DNA from: Planctomycetota bacterium | GTDB taxonomy: Bacteria; Planctomycetota; B15-G4; SIAN01 | Length of the DNA: 64,000 bases | Reading direction: 5' to 3' | Assembly (NCBI GenBank): GCA_031409275.1 | Contig: JANNXA010000034.1 | Coordinates: forward strand, 64,001 to 128,000 | Part shown: piece by piece, positions 18,782 to 28,879 of the stretch | Position numbering within the stretch: the stretch's first letter is position 1 | How the letters are laid out: each line of letters begins with the position of its first letter | Notes under the pieces: generated by a model | Seen by the model: the letters and a program-made list of their open reading frames with translations, nothing else | The model's database searches: none | Told to the model about the DNA's origin: nothing | Made by a program: the position numbers and the translations under genes

Positions 18782-20596
18782 TCAGTGGGTGCCCTGGCCC
18801 TCGGTGACCACGTGCTCGCGGTCGAGCGCGAGGTCGGCGAAGCGCTCGCGCTTGCCCGACGGCCAGCGCACCTCGACGGTCGCCGTCGTCTCCGTGGTCG
18901 AGCCGAGCCCGAAGGTCGCCGCGATGTCGCATTGGCTCAGGTACGAGGAGCCGGTGCGCACGTCGCGACGCAGCGTCTTGCCGCCGGTGGTGAGCGTGAC
19001 CACGGCGCCGATGGCGTCGCGGTTCTTCCCGGTGCCGCGCGGGCGGATGCGCAGCCAGCGGTGCTTGAGCGCCTGGTCGTTGCGCATGACGATCGCGGCG
19101 CGGCCGTTCTGGGTCATGACGAAGTCGAGGTCGCCGTCACCGTCGAGGTCGCCGGAAGTGGCTCCGCGCGCGACGACCGGGCGGGTGAAGACCTCGCCCG
19201 ACTTCGCGCTGACGTCGGCGAAGGTGCCGTCGCCGCGGTTCCAGAACAGCTGGGTCGGCTGCTCGTAGGCGACGTCCTTCTGGACCGACTGGATCTCCGG
19301 CTCGATGTGACCGTTGCAGACGAGGATGTCGTGGCAGCCGTCGAGGTCGTAGTCGCAGAAGACGACGGCGAAGGTCAGCGAGAGGTTGGTCGGCGTGGCG
19401 ACGCGCGCGGCGCCGGCGCGATCGATGAAGAAGATCTTGTCGCCGGTCTGCGTGTACATCGCGATCGGCTCCTTCGAGAAGTTGCCGATCGAGATGACGA
19501 GCTTGCCGTCGTTGCACACGTCGCAGGCGTCGATGCCCATGCCCGCTCGTGCGCGGCCGATCTCGTCGAACGCGATGCCCGCCTCGTTGGCCATCTCGGA
19601 GTAGCGGCCGTCGGGCTGGCTCACGAAGAGGTAGTTCGGTTCGGTGTCGTTGCTGACCGCGAAGTCGGGGCGGCCATCGCCGTTCACGTCGGCGACGGCG
19701 ACGCCGAGCGCCTTGCTGTCCTTGCGCAGGATGCCGGCGCGCTCCGTGACGTCCTCGAAGGAGCCGTCACCCTTGCCGCGCCACAGGCGGCAGCTGTCCG
19801 CTTCGTACTTGGTGGGGATGGTGTAGGCCTTGACCGACCCCAGCATCTCGAGGACGTCGTTCTCGATCGACCAGTGCACGTAGCCGCAGACGAACAGGTC
19901 GAGCACGCCGTCGCAGTCGTAGTCGACCCACGCGGCGCTCGTCGACCAGGCCGGGTGCACGCGCCCCTGCTTGTCGGTCCAGGTCGTGGTCTTCAGGCCC
20001 GAAGCTTCGGTGACGTCGACGAACTTGCCGCCATCGTTGCGCAGCAGGTGGTTTGGCCCGAGCGCGGTGATGAAGAGGTCCGCGTCGCCATCGCCGTCGT
20101 AGTCGGCCGCCGTCGCGCCCATGCCGATCAGCGACAGGCCGCAGCCGGCGGCTTGCGTCACATCCTCGAACTTCATGCCGCCGAGGTTCTTGTAGAGCTT
20201 GCAGGTCGGCGCCGGGTCGCTCGCGTGGTCGGGCCACTCTGCGCCCTGCAGGAAGAAGAGGTCTTGCTTGCCATCGGCGTCGTAGTCGAGCATCGCGACG
20301 CCCGCGCCCATCGTCTCCGGCAGGTACTTCTTGCCGCGCGCGCCGCTCACGTGGGTGAAGGCGATGCCGGACGCCGCAGTGGCATCCGCGAAGGCAACGG
20401 CGGGCGCCGCTTTGCCGCCGGTGTCGCGCGGGTCGAACTTCTCCTTGGGAACGTAGGTCTCGGGCGCGATGGGCGTCACCACCTCGACCTTCTTCTCTTC
20501 GCCGCAGCCGGCAAGGAGAGCGACGGTGGCGAGCGAGCTCGCGCCGAGGGTGGTGAAGGTGACGAGTCGAGCGGGACGCGAGTGCGAGCGGGGCAT
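18782..20596 (-). CDS. ASPIC/UnbV (CRTAC1-like) FG-GAP beta-propeller lipoprotein
   Basis: Lipobox LLAGC, 'KYLPETMGAG', DxDxDG repeats, C-terminal ASPIC-UnbV region 'NRDAIGAVV...GSSYLSQ...FGLG...VRWPSG'. Confidence 0.9.
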   Translation of the reverse strand: MPRSHSRPARLVTFTTLGASSLATVALLAGCGEEKKVEVVTPIAPETYVPKEKFDPRDTGGKAAPAVAFADATAASGIAFTHVSGARGKKYLPETMGAGVAMLDYDADGKQDLFFLQGAEWPDHASDPAPTCKLYKNLGGMKFEDVTQAAGCGLSLIGMGATAADYDGDGDADLFITALGPNHLLRNDGGKFVDVTEASGLKTTTWTDKQGRVHPAWSTSAAWVDYDCDGVLDLFVCGYVHWSIENDVLEMLGSVKAYTIPTKYEADSCRLWRGKGDGSFEDVTERAGILRKDSKALGVAVADVNGDGRPDFAVSNDTEPNYLFVSQPDGRYSEMANEAGIAFDEIGRARAGMGIDACDVCNDGKLVISIGNFSKEPIAMYTQTGDKIFFIDRAGAARVATPTNLSLTFAVVFCDYDLDGCHDILVCNGHIEPEIQSVQKDVAYEQPTQLFWNRGDGTFADVSAKSGEVFTRPVVARGATSGDLDGDGDLDFVMTQNGRAAIVMRNDQALKHRWLRIRPRGTGKNRDAIGAVVTLTTGGKTLRRDVRTGSSYLSQCDIAATFGLGSTTETTATVEVRWPSGKRERFADLALDREHVVTEGQGTH

Positions 20597-20664
20597 GTCA
20601 GGTTCCGGAAGAGGAGGTCGTGAGAGAGGAGGTCGACCGGCCAGGCGGAGCGATGGCGCTCGAG

Positions 20665-23523
20665 TCACGAGCCGCCGGCCTTCGGCTTGGCCGGCAGCGG
20701 CGCGAGCTCATGCGCGTGCACGGTGTTCGTCTCGAGGTTGGCGTGCGGATCCTTGTGGCGGAAGTCGTTGGTGAGCGCCTGCGCCGACTCGTCGATCTGG
20801 TACTTCTCGTACGCCTTCGACGCCTCCTCCGCCTCGGCCGTGCGACCGAGCGCCTGCAGGTTCAGCATGCGGTGGTAGTGCGCCTCGCGGTCCTCGGGAT
20901 CGATGTCGAGCACCATCCCGTAGGCCTCGAGCGACTCGGGGAACTTCTGGTCGAGGTAGTACGTGCGGCCGAGCCGGCGCCACGTGTCGCGATCGGCGGG
21001 GAACTCCTGCAGCACGCGCTGGTACGCCTCGATCGCCTGCGCGTAGCGGCCATCTTCCTGCAGGCCGTTGCCCCAGACCCAGGCGGTCTGCGGATCGCCC
21101 GGCGCGAGCTCCTCGCACTTCGACAACAGCTCGAGCGCGCGCGCGATGCTGCCGTCGGTCAGCGCGTTGCGCGCCATGTTGCGGAAGCCGTCGACTTTCG
21201 CCGGCGCCACGCGCTGCACTTCGGCGAACCCGATCTCGGCGAGGCGCGTGTCGCCCTTCAGCATCATCGCGATGCCGTAGTCGTTGGGTCGGATCCACTG
21301 GTCGGGCGAGGCGTAGACGGCCGGCGGCGTCGGGTGCACCGTTTCGCCCATGGCGGCGACGCGCAGCGACACCTTGCTGCCGGCGATCTTGGTGACCGGG
21401 AGGTCGATCTTCTTGTCCGGGGTCTTCGCGAAGACGAAGTCGGTGTAGTGCTGCTTGAACTTGCGCCATTGGAGGTTCGCGGTGAGATCGAGCGTCGTGC
21501 CTGCCGCGCTCGCCGGCACCACGAACTGGTAGCGCACCACGTCGGACGTCGAGGGACCGATCACGTTGGCGTAGAGGCCGACGTGGAAGTCATGCGGATT
21601 GCGCAGCTTCGCCTCGGTCCCGTCGTGGGCGATGATCACCGCGCCGTAGCGATGCGCTGCCGGGTCGAGGTGCTGGTCGGGGCCGATCCAACCGCTGTGC
21701 AGCAGCTGGCCGCCGCCCTGCTGGTCGACCATGAACTCGAGGAAGCCTTCGTTGCTGTCGTTGGTGCCGCCCGGGAAGGTGTGTCCCACTCCCTTGTTGC
21801 GCACGACGACCTGCACTTCGATTCGCTCGCCCGGCACCAGGACCGGCTGGGTGCGATCGAGCGCGGTGACGACTTCGGTCTCGTTGCCCTGCGCGTCGAG
21901 GCGCCGCAGCGCGAAGACGTCGACGCGCATCTTCTCGTCCTGGAGGAAGTGCTCGATCCGCTGCAGCGTGTCGGTGTCGCCGCGCAGCGCCGGCAGCCCC
22001 GTGTTGGCCGCGAGGAAGCGGTGCGACTTGACCTTGCCGTCCTTCGAAGAGACGTCGCCGAGCGGCGCCTCCTCGAGCGGCATGTGGCAGTCCTGGCAGT
22101 TCTTCTTCACCGGAGCGCCGGTGACCGGATCGCGCGGTCGGTAGAAGGTGCGCGCGGCGTTCTGCGCCACGCCGCTGTCGTGCCAGTTGTCGTATTCGTT
22201 CTGTCCGCGGAACCAGCGGTACTTGTTGACCGGCACGTCGAGCGCGACCTTGTGGCACGTCGCGCAGAACTCGCTGGTCTTGAAGAACGGCTTCAGCATC
22301 CGTTCCTTGTGCACGTTCGGCTTCGCCTTGAGGACGATGTCGCCGATCGCGCGCAACGTCCCTTCGCTGGTGTCGTCGAAGAGGTAGGGCGACTCGCGGT
22401 CGTCGGGGATGTTGTAGGCGCCGTTGCCGGTCCGATTGTGCAGCGAGTCGATCGTGTGGCAGGCCAGGCAGGTGAGTCCTGCCTGCGCGTTGGGGCCGTC
22501 CGGATCGAATTCCTTGCCGATCTCGCCGGCCAGCATCAGTGCCGGCTCGTGGCAGCCCGAGCACCACTGCGACGGCTGCTTGCCGATGTCGGGCCGCTCG
22601 CGCATCGCGAGGAAGGACGCCCGATAGAACGGGTTGTTCATCGAGCTGAAGCGGTGCGCCGACTTGCTCCACTGCTCCACCACGTCGGGGTGGCAGCGCT
22701 GGCAGGTGACCGCGCCGATCTGGATGTCCTTCACGTAGCCGTACTTCGCGACCTCATCCTTCAATTGCGCCGCGTCGGGCAGCTCGCCGCGCGTGACGAC
22801 GGCCGACGCCATCCATTCGCCGGTCGCCGTGGTCGCCGGCGACGGGAAGAAGCGGCTGCTCGTGGGCACTTCGGTGAACGAGACGAAGGGGTGGAACGGG
22901 TCGATCGACGCGTCCTGCAGCAGCTCATCTTTCGGGACGGTGGCGAGCACGGTGCCGCGATCGATCGCGATGATGCGGTCGGAACGTTTGGGCAGCGTGA
23001 CCACATGGATGCCGAGCGCGAGGATGGCTGCGACGCAGGCACCGCCGATCGCCTTGCCGATCGAGCTCCAGGTCGGCGGCGTGACCGACGTCACGCGGTG
23101 GATGATGTAGACCAGCGGCAGCCCGACGCCGAGCCCGATGTGCGTCCAGTACTGCGGTTGGTTATCGCGGCTGTTGGCGGCCGTCATGATGAACAAGCCG
23201 CTCAGCATCAGGCCGACCATCGCGAGGATCAGCGAGACGCCGGTGCTGACGGCGACACCGTGGCGGCGCGCCCACGCGCGACCGAGGTGCCACACGGCGA
23301 AGATCAGCGCGCACGGGGTCAGCGCGATGCCGAGCAGCGTGTGGCCGAGCACCATCGACTGATAGAAGACGGGCAGCGTGTCGGGCGGCAGCCGGAACTG
23401 CTCGGTCGCTTCGGTCACGCGGAAGAGCAGCAGGAAGAGCGCGTTCGCGAGCATCGCGAGCCCGCCCCAGACGATGACCTTCAACAACACCCGCTGCGCG
23501 GGCGTCAGGATGCTCTGTCCCAT
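20665..23523 (-). CDS. Membrane-anchored pentaheme c-type cytochrome with C-terminal TPRs
   Basis: Five CxxCH motifs (CQRCH, CSGCH, CLACH, CATCH, CQDCH), about five N-terminal TM helices with His residues, TPR-like C-terminus. Confidence 0.9.
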   Translation of the reverse strand: MGQSILTPAQRVLLKVIVWGGLAMLANALFLLLFRVTEATEQFRLPPDTLPVFYQSMVLGHTLLGIALTPCALIFAVWHLGRAWARRHGVAVSTGVSLILAMVGLMLSGLFIMTAANSRDNQPQYWTHIGLGVGLPLVYIIHRVTSVTPPTWSSIGKAIGGACVAAILALGIHVVTLPKRSDRIIAIDRGTVLATVPKDELLQDASIDPFHPFVSFTEVPTSSRFFPSPATTATGEWMASAVVTRGELPDAAQLKDEVAKYGYVKDIQIGAVTCQRCHPDVVEQWSKSAHRFSSMNNPFYRASFLAMRERPDIGKQPSQWCSGCHEPALMLAGEIGKEFDPDGPNAQAGLTCLACHTIDSLHNRTGNGAYNIPDDRESPYLFDDTSEGTLRAIGDIVLKAKPNVHKERMLKPFFKTSEFCATCHKVALDVPVNKYRWFRGQNEYDNWHDSGVAQNAARTFYRPRDPVTGAPVKKNCQDCHMPLEEAPLGDVSSKDGKVKSHRFLAANTGLPALRGDTDTLQRIEHFLQDEKMRVDVFALRRLDAQGNETEVVTALDRTQPVLVPGERIEVQVVVRNKGVGHTFPGGTNDSNEGFLEFMVDQQGGGQLLHSGWIGPDQHLDPAAHRYGAVIIAHDGTEAKLRNPHDFHVGLYANVIGPSTSDVVRYQFVVPASAAGTTLDLTANLQWRKFKQHYTDFVFAKTPDKKIDLPVTKIAGSKVSLRVAAMGETVHPTPPAVYASPDQWIRPNDYGIAMMLKGDTRLAEIGFAEVQRVAPAKVDGFRNMARNALTDGSIARALELLSKCEELAPGDPQTAWVWGNGLQEDGRYAQAIEAYQRVLQEFPADRDTWRRLGRTYYLDQKFPESLEAYGMVLDIDPEDREAHYHRMLNLQALGRTAEAEEASKAYEKYQIDESAQALTNDFRHKDPHANLETNTVHAHELAPLPAKPKAGGS

Positions 23524-23563
23524 TCCGTCTGCATCTCCGTCAGAGTCGCGATGGTCGCCGGCC

Positions 23564-23730
23564 TTGGAGTCCTGCTCCCGAAGTCTGCCTCACCCTTCGG
23601 GGCGCCCTTCACGCATGACTTCGTCGGGCCTCCTCATCGACTTCCCTCGAAGTCGATGTCGTCGGCCCGCCTCGCCTTGCACGAATCTCGCCTCGGACTC
23701 CTCTCCCGAACTTCGGGATGAGGACACTAG
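23564..23730. mobile_element. MITE-like non-autonomous element (~167 bp)
   Basis: Imperfect 21-bp terminal inverted repeats (TTGGAGTCCTGCTCCCGAAGT / ACTTCGGGATGAGGACACTAG, 16/21 match), CTAG at the right end, internal hairpins, no coding capacity. Confidence 0.55.
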
Positions 23731-24105
23731 GAGCGTGATCGGCCGCTGCCGCCTCGCGAGTGGGGTGCCATCTTGGGCATTCGCCCCGCGGGGCTCGCGA
23801 AGCCGAGTGGATGGCACGTCGCAAGCCGAAGCGAACGTGCCGCTGGCCGGTCGCCGAGAAATTCACGACACGATCGTTAAGTCATTTCAGAATAGACAGT
23901 TGCGTCATTCACAGGAACGCCGGTGGCAGCGCCGAACGGGTGCGACCCGAGGTGCTTTGGGACGTCGCGTCCTGACCTCGCGCGGCCATCGGGACGCGAA
24001 GTCTCAACTCGCTCGCGAGGCTGCGTACGGGGATGCCGTGCCCGCGCGCGTGTCGCCCCAGCAAGTTCGCGCGCCTCGCGTGGGATTTCGAGCCGAGCGG
24101 CGTGC

Positions 24106-24552
24106 TCAGTCGGCTCGCATCCCCTTTGACTCCTCGGGCGCCGGCGCCGCCGCCGGCGCCGGCTTCGGTTCGGGTTCGCTCCAGCCGTAGCGCGATGGCA
24201 GCGGCAGCGGATCGTGGAAGAGCGTGCCCGCGCCGATCTCCAGCATCAGCACGCGCACGCGAGCACCGACCACGCCGACGCCCACTCCCGCCAGCGGCCA
24301 GAGGTCGAGGGAGAAGAACTCGCCATCACGTTCGGCTTCGTTCAGCAGTCCGAGCTCGATCAGGTTGCCGTTCCAGCGCGGCCAGGCGCTGGTCGTGGCG
24401 TAGATCACGCCCGGCCCGTCGACCTCGAAGCGATCGGGCGAGTCCTCGAAGCCGCACGTGACGTGGATGCATCCGGGCGCCGCAAGGCCGACGGTGGCAA
24501 GCAGCGCCGCCGCTGCGAGGCGGCAGACGGGACGAGCGGGCGCGATCGGCAT
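24106..24552 (-). CDS. Hypothetical lipoprotein
   Basis: Lipobox-like AAPGC, AGGAG upstream, Pro/Ala-rich tail. Confidence 0.7.
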   Translation of the reverse strand: MPIAPARPVCRLAAAALLATVGLAAPGCIHVTCGFEDSPDRFEVDGPGVIYATTSAWPRWNGNLIELGLLNEAERDGEFFSLDLWPLAGVGVGVVGARVRVLMLEIGAGTLFHDPLPLPSRYGWSEPEPKPAPAAAPAPEESKGMRAD

Positions 24553-24645
24553 CGAAGGGCTCCTGAGCAACCACGGCGGCGGGCGTCGCTCGCGCGAGTG
24601 GCGGTCGACCGGGGAGTCGCGGTCGGCACGAAGCGTTGGAATCGT

Positions 24646-25044
24646 TCACGGCGGCGGCGCGAACTCGGTCTCGCGCGGCGGGTCGAGACGGAGGTCGAAC
24701 GCCAACCACAGCGCCCGCGCGTAGCGGAAGAAATAGAGCCCGAACAGCGCGATCAGTGCGCCGATCGACACCAGCTGAACGCGCATGGGCACCTGCCAGA
24801 CGAACTGCATCAACAGGAGCAGCGGCAACGCCAGCACGATCGCGACGCCGTAGTTGATGTAGATCGAGCCGAGGAAGTAGCCCTGCTCACGCTCGAAGCG
24901 CAGTCCGCAGCTCGAACAGCGCGCGGCCATGCGAAACCACCCGGAGAAGAGGCGTCCGCCCCCGCACCACGGGCAGAGAAGCGCCAGCGCCCGTTGTCGC
25001 AGCTTCTGACCGCGGCCCGCCGCCGTGGTCGGCGTTTCGCTCAC
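24646..25044 (-). CDS. DUF983 family membrane protein
   Basis: 'CPWCGGGRLF...CSSCGLRFEREQGYFLGSIYINY' plus 2 TM helices. Confidence 0.9.
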   Translation of the reverse strand: MSETPTTAAGRGQKLRQRALALLCPWCGGGRLFSGWFRMAARCSSCGLRFEREQGYFLGSIYINYGVAIVLALPLLLLMQFVWQVPMRVQLVSIGALIALFGLYFFRYARALWLAFDLRLDPPRETEFAPPP

Positions 25045-27218
25045 TGCTTCGCCGACCCGTTCATTCCGAGCGCCTTGATCAGGAAGGCGTACATGTCGGC
25101 CTTCTCCTCGATCTCCATCTGCGTCGACTTGCCGGCGCCGTGGCCGGCGCGCGTCTCGATGCGGATCAAGGTCGGCGCGCTGCCGCCCTGCGCCGCCTGC
25201 AACGCCGCCGCGAACTTGAACGAGTGGGCGGGCAGCACGCGGTCGTCGTGGTCGCCGGTGAGGATCAGCGTGGCCGGGTATTTCGCGCCAATGCCCAGCG
25301 AGTGGAGCGGCGAGTAGGCGTGCAGGAAGGGGAACTGGGCCGGGTCATCCGAGCGGCCGTATTCGCTGGCCCAGGCCCAGCCGATGGTGAACTGGTGGTA
25401 GCGCAGCATGTCGAGCACGCCGACCGCCGGCACCGCCGCCGCGAACAGGTCGGGTCGCTGCGTCATGCAGGCGCCGACCAGCAGTCCGCCGTTGCTGCCG
25501 CCGTGGATCGCCAGCTTGTCGCTGCGGGTGTAGCCCTCGTCGATCAGGTGCTCGGCGACGGCGATGAAGTCGTCGAAGACGTTCTGCTTCTTGCCCAGCA
25601 TTCCGGCGGCGTGCCACTCCTCGCCGTACTCCGCACCGCCACGCAGCATCGCCTGCACGTAGATCCCGCCGAGCTCGAGCCAGGCGAGGCGATCGGTGCG
25701 AAAGCTCGGCGTGACGGCGATGTTGAAACCGCCGTAGCCGTAGAGGAGGCATGGGTTGCGGCCGTCGAGCGTGGTCTCTTTGCGGCAGGTGATGTGGATC
25801 GGGATCCTGGTGCCGTCCTTGCTGCGCGCGAACGCGAAGCGCGTTTCGTACGGCGACAGGTCGAACGGGATCTTGGGAGCGAACCACGGCGCCGCCTTGC
25901 CGGTCGTGAAGTCGTGGCGGTAGACGGTGGTGGGCGAGGTGAACGAAGTGAACGAGTAGTAGGTCTCGGTGTCGCTGTTCTTGCCGCCGAAGCCGCTGGC
26001 GGTGCCGATGCCCGGCAGCGTCAAGTCATGCGCCTCGCCGCTCTTGACGACGTGGACGCGGATGCGCGTGCTGCCGTCGTGGAGGTAGTTGAGCAGCAGT
26101 TTTCCGTTCACCAGGGTCGCGCTGCCGAGCGGATCGTCGCTGGTCGCGACCACTTCCTTCCACTGATCGCGCGCGGGTTGGTTGAAGTCGACCGCGATGA
26201 CGCGGCCGCGCGGGGCATCGAGGTCGGTGCGGAAGTAGAAGGTCGACCCGACCGCGCCGATGGTGTCGTAGCTCGCGTCGAAGTCATCGAGGAGCGGTCG
26301 CATCGATCCCTTGCCGTCGGCGAGGTCCTGCACGTAGATGCGATTGCGCCGATCGGTGCCCTGGCTCACGTTCAGCAGCAGGAAGCGGCCGTCGTCGGTG
26401 ACCCACGGGCTGAAGCCCCATTCGCGCTGATCGGGCCGCTCGTAGACCAGGCGGTCCTGCTCCTGCGTCTCGCCGAGCTTGTGGAAGAAGACCTTCTGGT
26501 CGTAGTTGGTCGCCTCGAGCTCGCTGCCGGCCTCGGGCTGCGGGTAGCGGCAGTAGTAGAAGCCCGAGCCGTCGGCCGCCCACGCGGCGCCGGCGAACTT
26601 GCTCCAGCGCACAACGTCGGCGGTGTCCTGCATCGTCTGCAGGTCGCGCACGTGCCAGGTCTTCCAGTCGGAGCCGCCGTCCGACGTCGCGTAGGCCAGC
26701 CAGCGCGCGTCGTCACTGGGCTCGAAGCTCGAGATCGAGACGGTGCCGTCTCGGCTCAGCGTGTTGGGATCGAGCACCACCAGCGGTTCCGCGTCCTTCG
26801 GCCCCTGCTTGAAGAGGACGGCCTGCGCGGTGAGGCCGGGGTTGCGCGAGAAGAACAGCGTGCCACTGCACTTGGTGATGACGATGCGTCGCTCGTAGGC
26901 GAAGAGCTCGGTGAGCCGCTTGGAGATGCGCGCGCGTTCCGGGATCGTCGTCAGGTAGCTCTCGGTCAGCGCGTTCTGCGCCGCGATCCACGCCTTCGTC
27001 TCGGGGGAGTCGACGGCTTCGAGCCAGCGATACGGGTCGGCGACCTTGGTGCCGTGGTAGTCATCGACCTGCTCGACGCTGTTCGTCTTCGGGTAGCTCA
27101 ATTTCATCGGCGGGATCGTTCCGGTCGCTTGGGGGACGCCGAGTGCGGCGTGAAACGGAACGAACAGCACGGCGCCGGCGACGACGCCGCTGCGCACGAT
27201 GGGATCGACGATCGACAT
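25041..27218 (-). CDS. Prolyl oligopeptidase (S9A)
   Basis: DPYRWLE, YGYGGF, GGSNGG (Ser), DHDDRV (Asp), AGHGAG (His). Confidence 0.95.
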   Translation of the reverse strand: MSIVDPIVRSGVVAGAVLFVPFHAALGVPQATGTIPPMKLSYPKTNSVEQVDDYHGTKVADPYRWLEAVDSPETKAWIAAQNALTESYLTTIPERARISKRLTELFAYERRIVITKCSGTLFFSRNPGLTAQAVLFKQGPKDAEPLVVLDPNTLSRDGTVSISSFEPSDDARWLAYATSDGGSDWKTWHVRDLQTMQDTADVVRWSKFAGAAWAADGSGFYYCRYPQPEAGSELEATNYDQKVFFHKLGETQEQDRLVYERPDQREWGFSPWVTDDGRFLLLNVSQGTDRRNRIYVQDLADGKGSMRPLLDDFDASYDTIGAVGSTFYFRTDLDAPRGRVIAVDFNQPARDQWKEVVATSDDPLGSATLVNGKLLLNYLHDGSTRIRVHVVKSGEAHDLTLPGIGTASGFGGKNSDTETYYSFTSFTSPTTVYRHDFTTGKAAPWFAPKIPFDLSPYETRFAFARSKDGTRIPIHITCRKETTLDGRNPCLLYGYGGFNIAVTPSFRTDRLAWLELGGIYVQAMLRGGAEYGEEWHAAGMLGKKQNVFDDFIAVAEHLIDEGYTRSDKLAIHGGSNGGLLVGACMTQRPDLFAAAVPAVGVLDMLRYHQFTIGWAWASEYGRSDDPAQFPFLHAYSPLHSLGIGAKYPATLILTGDHDDRVLPAHSFKFAAALQAAQGGSAPTLIRIETRAGHGAGKSTQMEIEEKADMYAFLIKALGMNGSAKQ

Positions 27219-27318
27219 TTCGGCTCTCCGAGCTTTCGTCAGATGGACGCTGCGAGCGCCACAGGATGACGGTGCCGGCGCGCCCGCACAAGCGCCGCCG
27301 ATCCCGCGAGATCCGGCG

Positions 27319-28821
27319 TCAAAGCGTCGCGCGGAGGTCCGCTTCGGCGGTGGCCGGCACCACGTCGAGGCGGGGGTAGCGCGCATGGTCCTGGCCCGGC
27401 ACCGCCTTCCAACGCACGCGAATCAGCGGACCGAACAGGTCCTCGACGTCGCCCTCCTCGAGCGGCGGCAGCGCGCCATCGACCACGATCGCGCGCAACT
27501 GCTCGGCGAACTCGGCCGAAGTCTCGTCAGCGACCCGCTCGAGCAACGCCGCCGTGTCGGCGTTCGCTCCGCCGCGCGCCGCAGCCACGACATCGCGCAT
27601 GAAGTCGTCGAGCGAACGCGCGCCGTCGGAGCTCGCGCGGATCTCGCGATCGAGCAGCGCCGCGACGATCGCGCCGCGTTGGTAGGGGAGGTCGCTGACG
27701 TTGCGGTCGCTCCAGAACTCCTGCGTGATGCGAGCCGCGGGTGCGTTGCGCGCAGGATTGGAGAGGAACGCCTGGAGGCAGTGGTTCCACTCTCCTTGCC
27801 AGTGGGCGATGCTCCACGTGCCGCTGCGGACCATGAGGCGGCGCGTGAAGAAGTCGGTGAATCCCTCGGAGAACCAGTATCCGAGCCCTTCGGTCTCCGT
27901 GCCGCGCACGATCTCGCCGTTCCAGTGGTGGAAGTGCTCGTGCGCCAGCAGGCCGGCGATGCGGAAGCGGTCGTCGCTTCCAGGTGCGAGCGTGAATGCG
28001 GGCGTCATGCATAGCGCGAAGCTGCGCGTCAGTCCGGTGCCGCCCAGCGAGTTGCGGTTCGCGTTGCTCGGGTCGAGCGCCAGCGTGAGCACGAAGAGAT
28101 CGTCGCCCGAGTCGGCGAAGAAGGCGCGCTCGTCGCGGATGATCTGCGTGGCGAGGTCGACGAAGTCGTCGTCGGTGAAGCGCAGCGTCCCGGTCAGCGC
28201 CATCAGCAGCTTCTTGCCGGCGAGGTCGCGTTCGTGGAGCCGCACCGCTCCGCCGATGAAGATCGAATGGCAGAAGGCGTCGAGCGTCTCCTCGACCTCG
28301 ACGTGCGGTCCGCGTCCGAACGAGCACGCGGCCCCGCGGCCGGGCGCGTCACACCCTTCGAAGTCGACGACGAAGCGGTGGCGCTCGCCGTCGGCAAGCG
28401 CGTCCGCTCGCAGCAGGCCGATGCTGCCGAGGAATCGAAACGCCTCCGCCGTCACGCACGGGCGGTAGTCGTTGCCCGTGCTTTTCGAGGGTGGCTGCGG
28501 TTCGCCGATCCACCAGGTGGCGGTCAGCGCCGCTTCGGCGGCGTGCGTGACTCGGAAGTCGTTGGCTTCGATCCGCTCGAACGCGAGCGGCTGGCCTGCC
28601 GGATCGTGGAAGGCGAGGTCGTGGAGATGGTCCACGATCGCGTCGACGCCGCCCCAATCGTCAGGTACCGAGAACGACGAGTCGCCATCGGCATCGCCGG
28701 CGACGTGGAGCTCGAACTCGACGCGCGGCGTCGGCACGACCACATGGCGAACGACGTAACGCGCGGCGGGCGCCGTTGCGGAGGTCGCGATGGGGAGAGC
28801 CAGCAGGAGCGTCGCAAGCAC
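27319..28821 (-). CDS. M61-like (gluzincin) aminopeptidase, secreted
   Basis: HEHFHHW and WFSEGFTDF zinc motifs, 'PYQRGA'; start set at the GTG of a signal peptide. Confidence 0.85.
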   Translation of the reverse strand: MLATLLLALPIATSATAPAARYVVRHVVVPTPRVEFELHVAGDADGDSSFSVPDDWGGVDAIVDHLHDLAFHDPAGQPLAFERIEANDFRVTHAAEAALTATWWIGEPQPPSKSTGNDYRPCVTAEAFRFLGSIGLLRADALADGERHRFVVDFEGCDAPGRGAACSFGRGPHVEVEETLDAFCHSIFIGGAVRLHERDLAGKKLLMALTGTLRFTDDDFVDLATQIIRDERAFFADSGDDLFVLTLALDPSNANRNSLGGTGLTRSFALCMTPAFTLAPGSDDRFRIAGLLAHEHFHHWNGEIVRGTETEGLGYWFSEGFTDFFTRRLMVRSGTWSIAHWQGEWNHCLQAFLSNPARNAPAARITQEFWSDRNVSDLPYQRGAIVAALLDREIRASSDGARSLDDFMRDVVAAARGGANADTAALLERVADETSAEFAEQLRAIVVDGALPPLEEGDVEDLFGPLIRVRWKAVPGQDHARYPRLDVVPATAEADLRATL

Positions 28822-28879
28822 GGGAATCTCGTCGAGGGAGAGGAGTCGAATGGCGGTCCAATCGATCGGGGTGAAGAAA

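Noticed and set aside
23812..23826. Plus-strand sigma54-like TGGCACGTCGCAAGC
   Set aside because: Lacks the TT of the -12 element and no + strand gene lies downstream.
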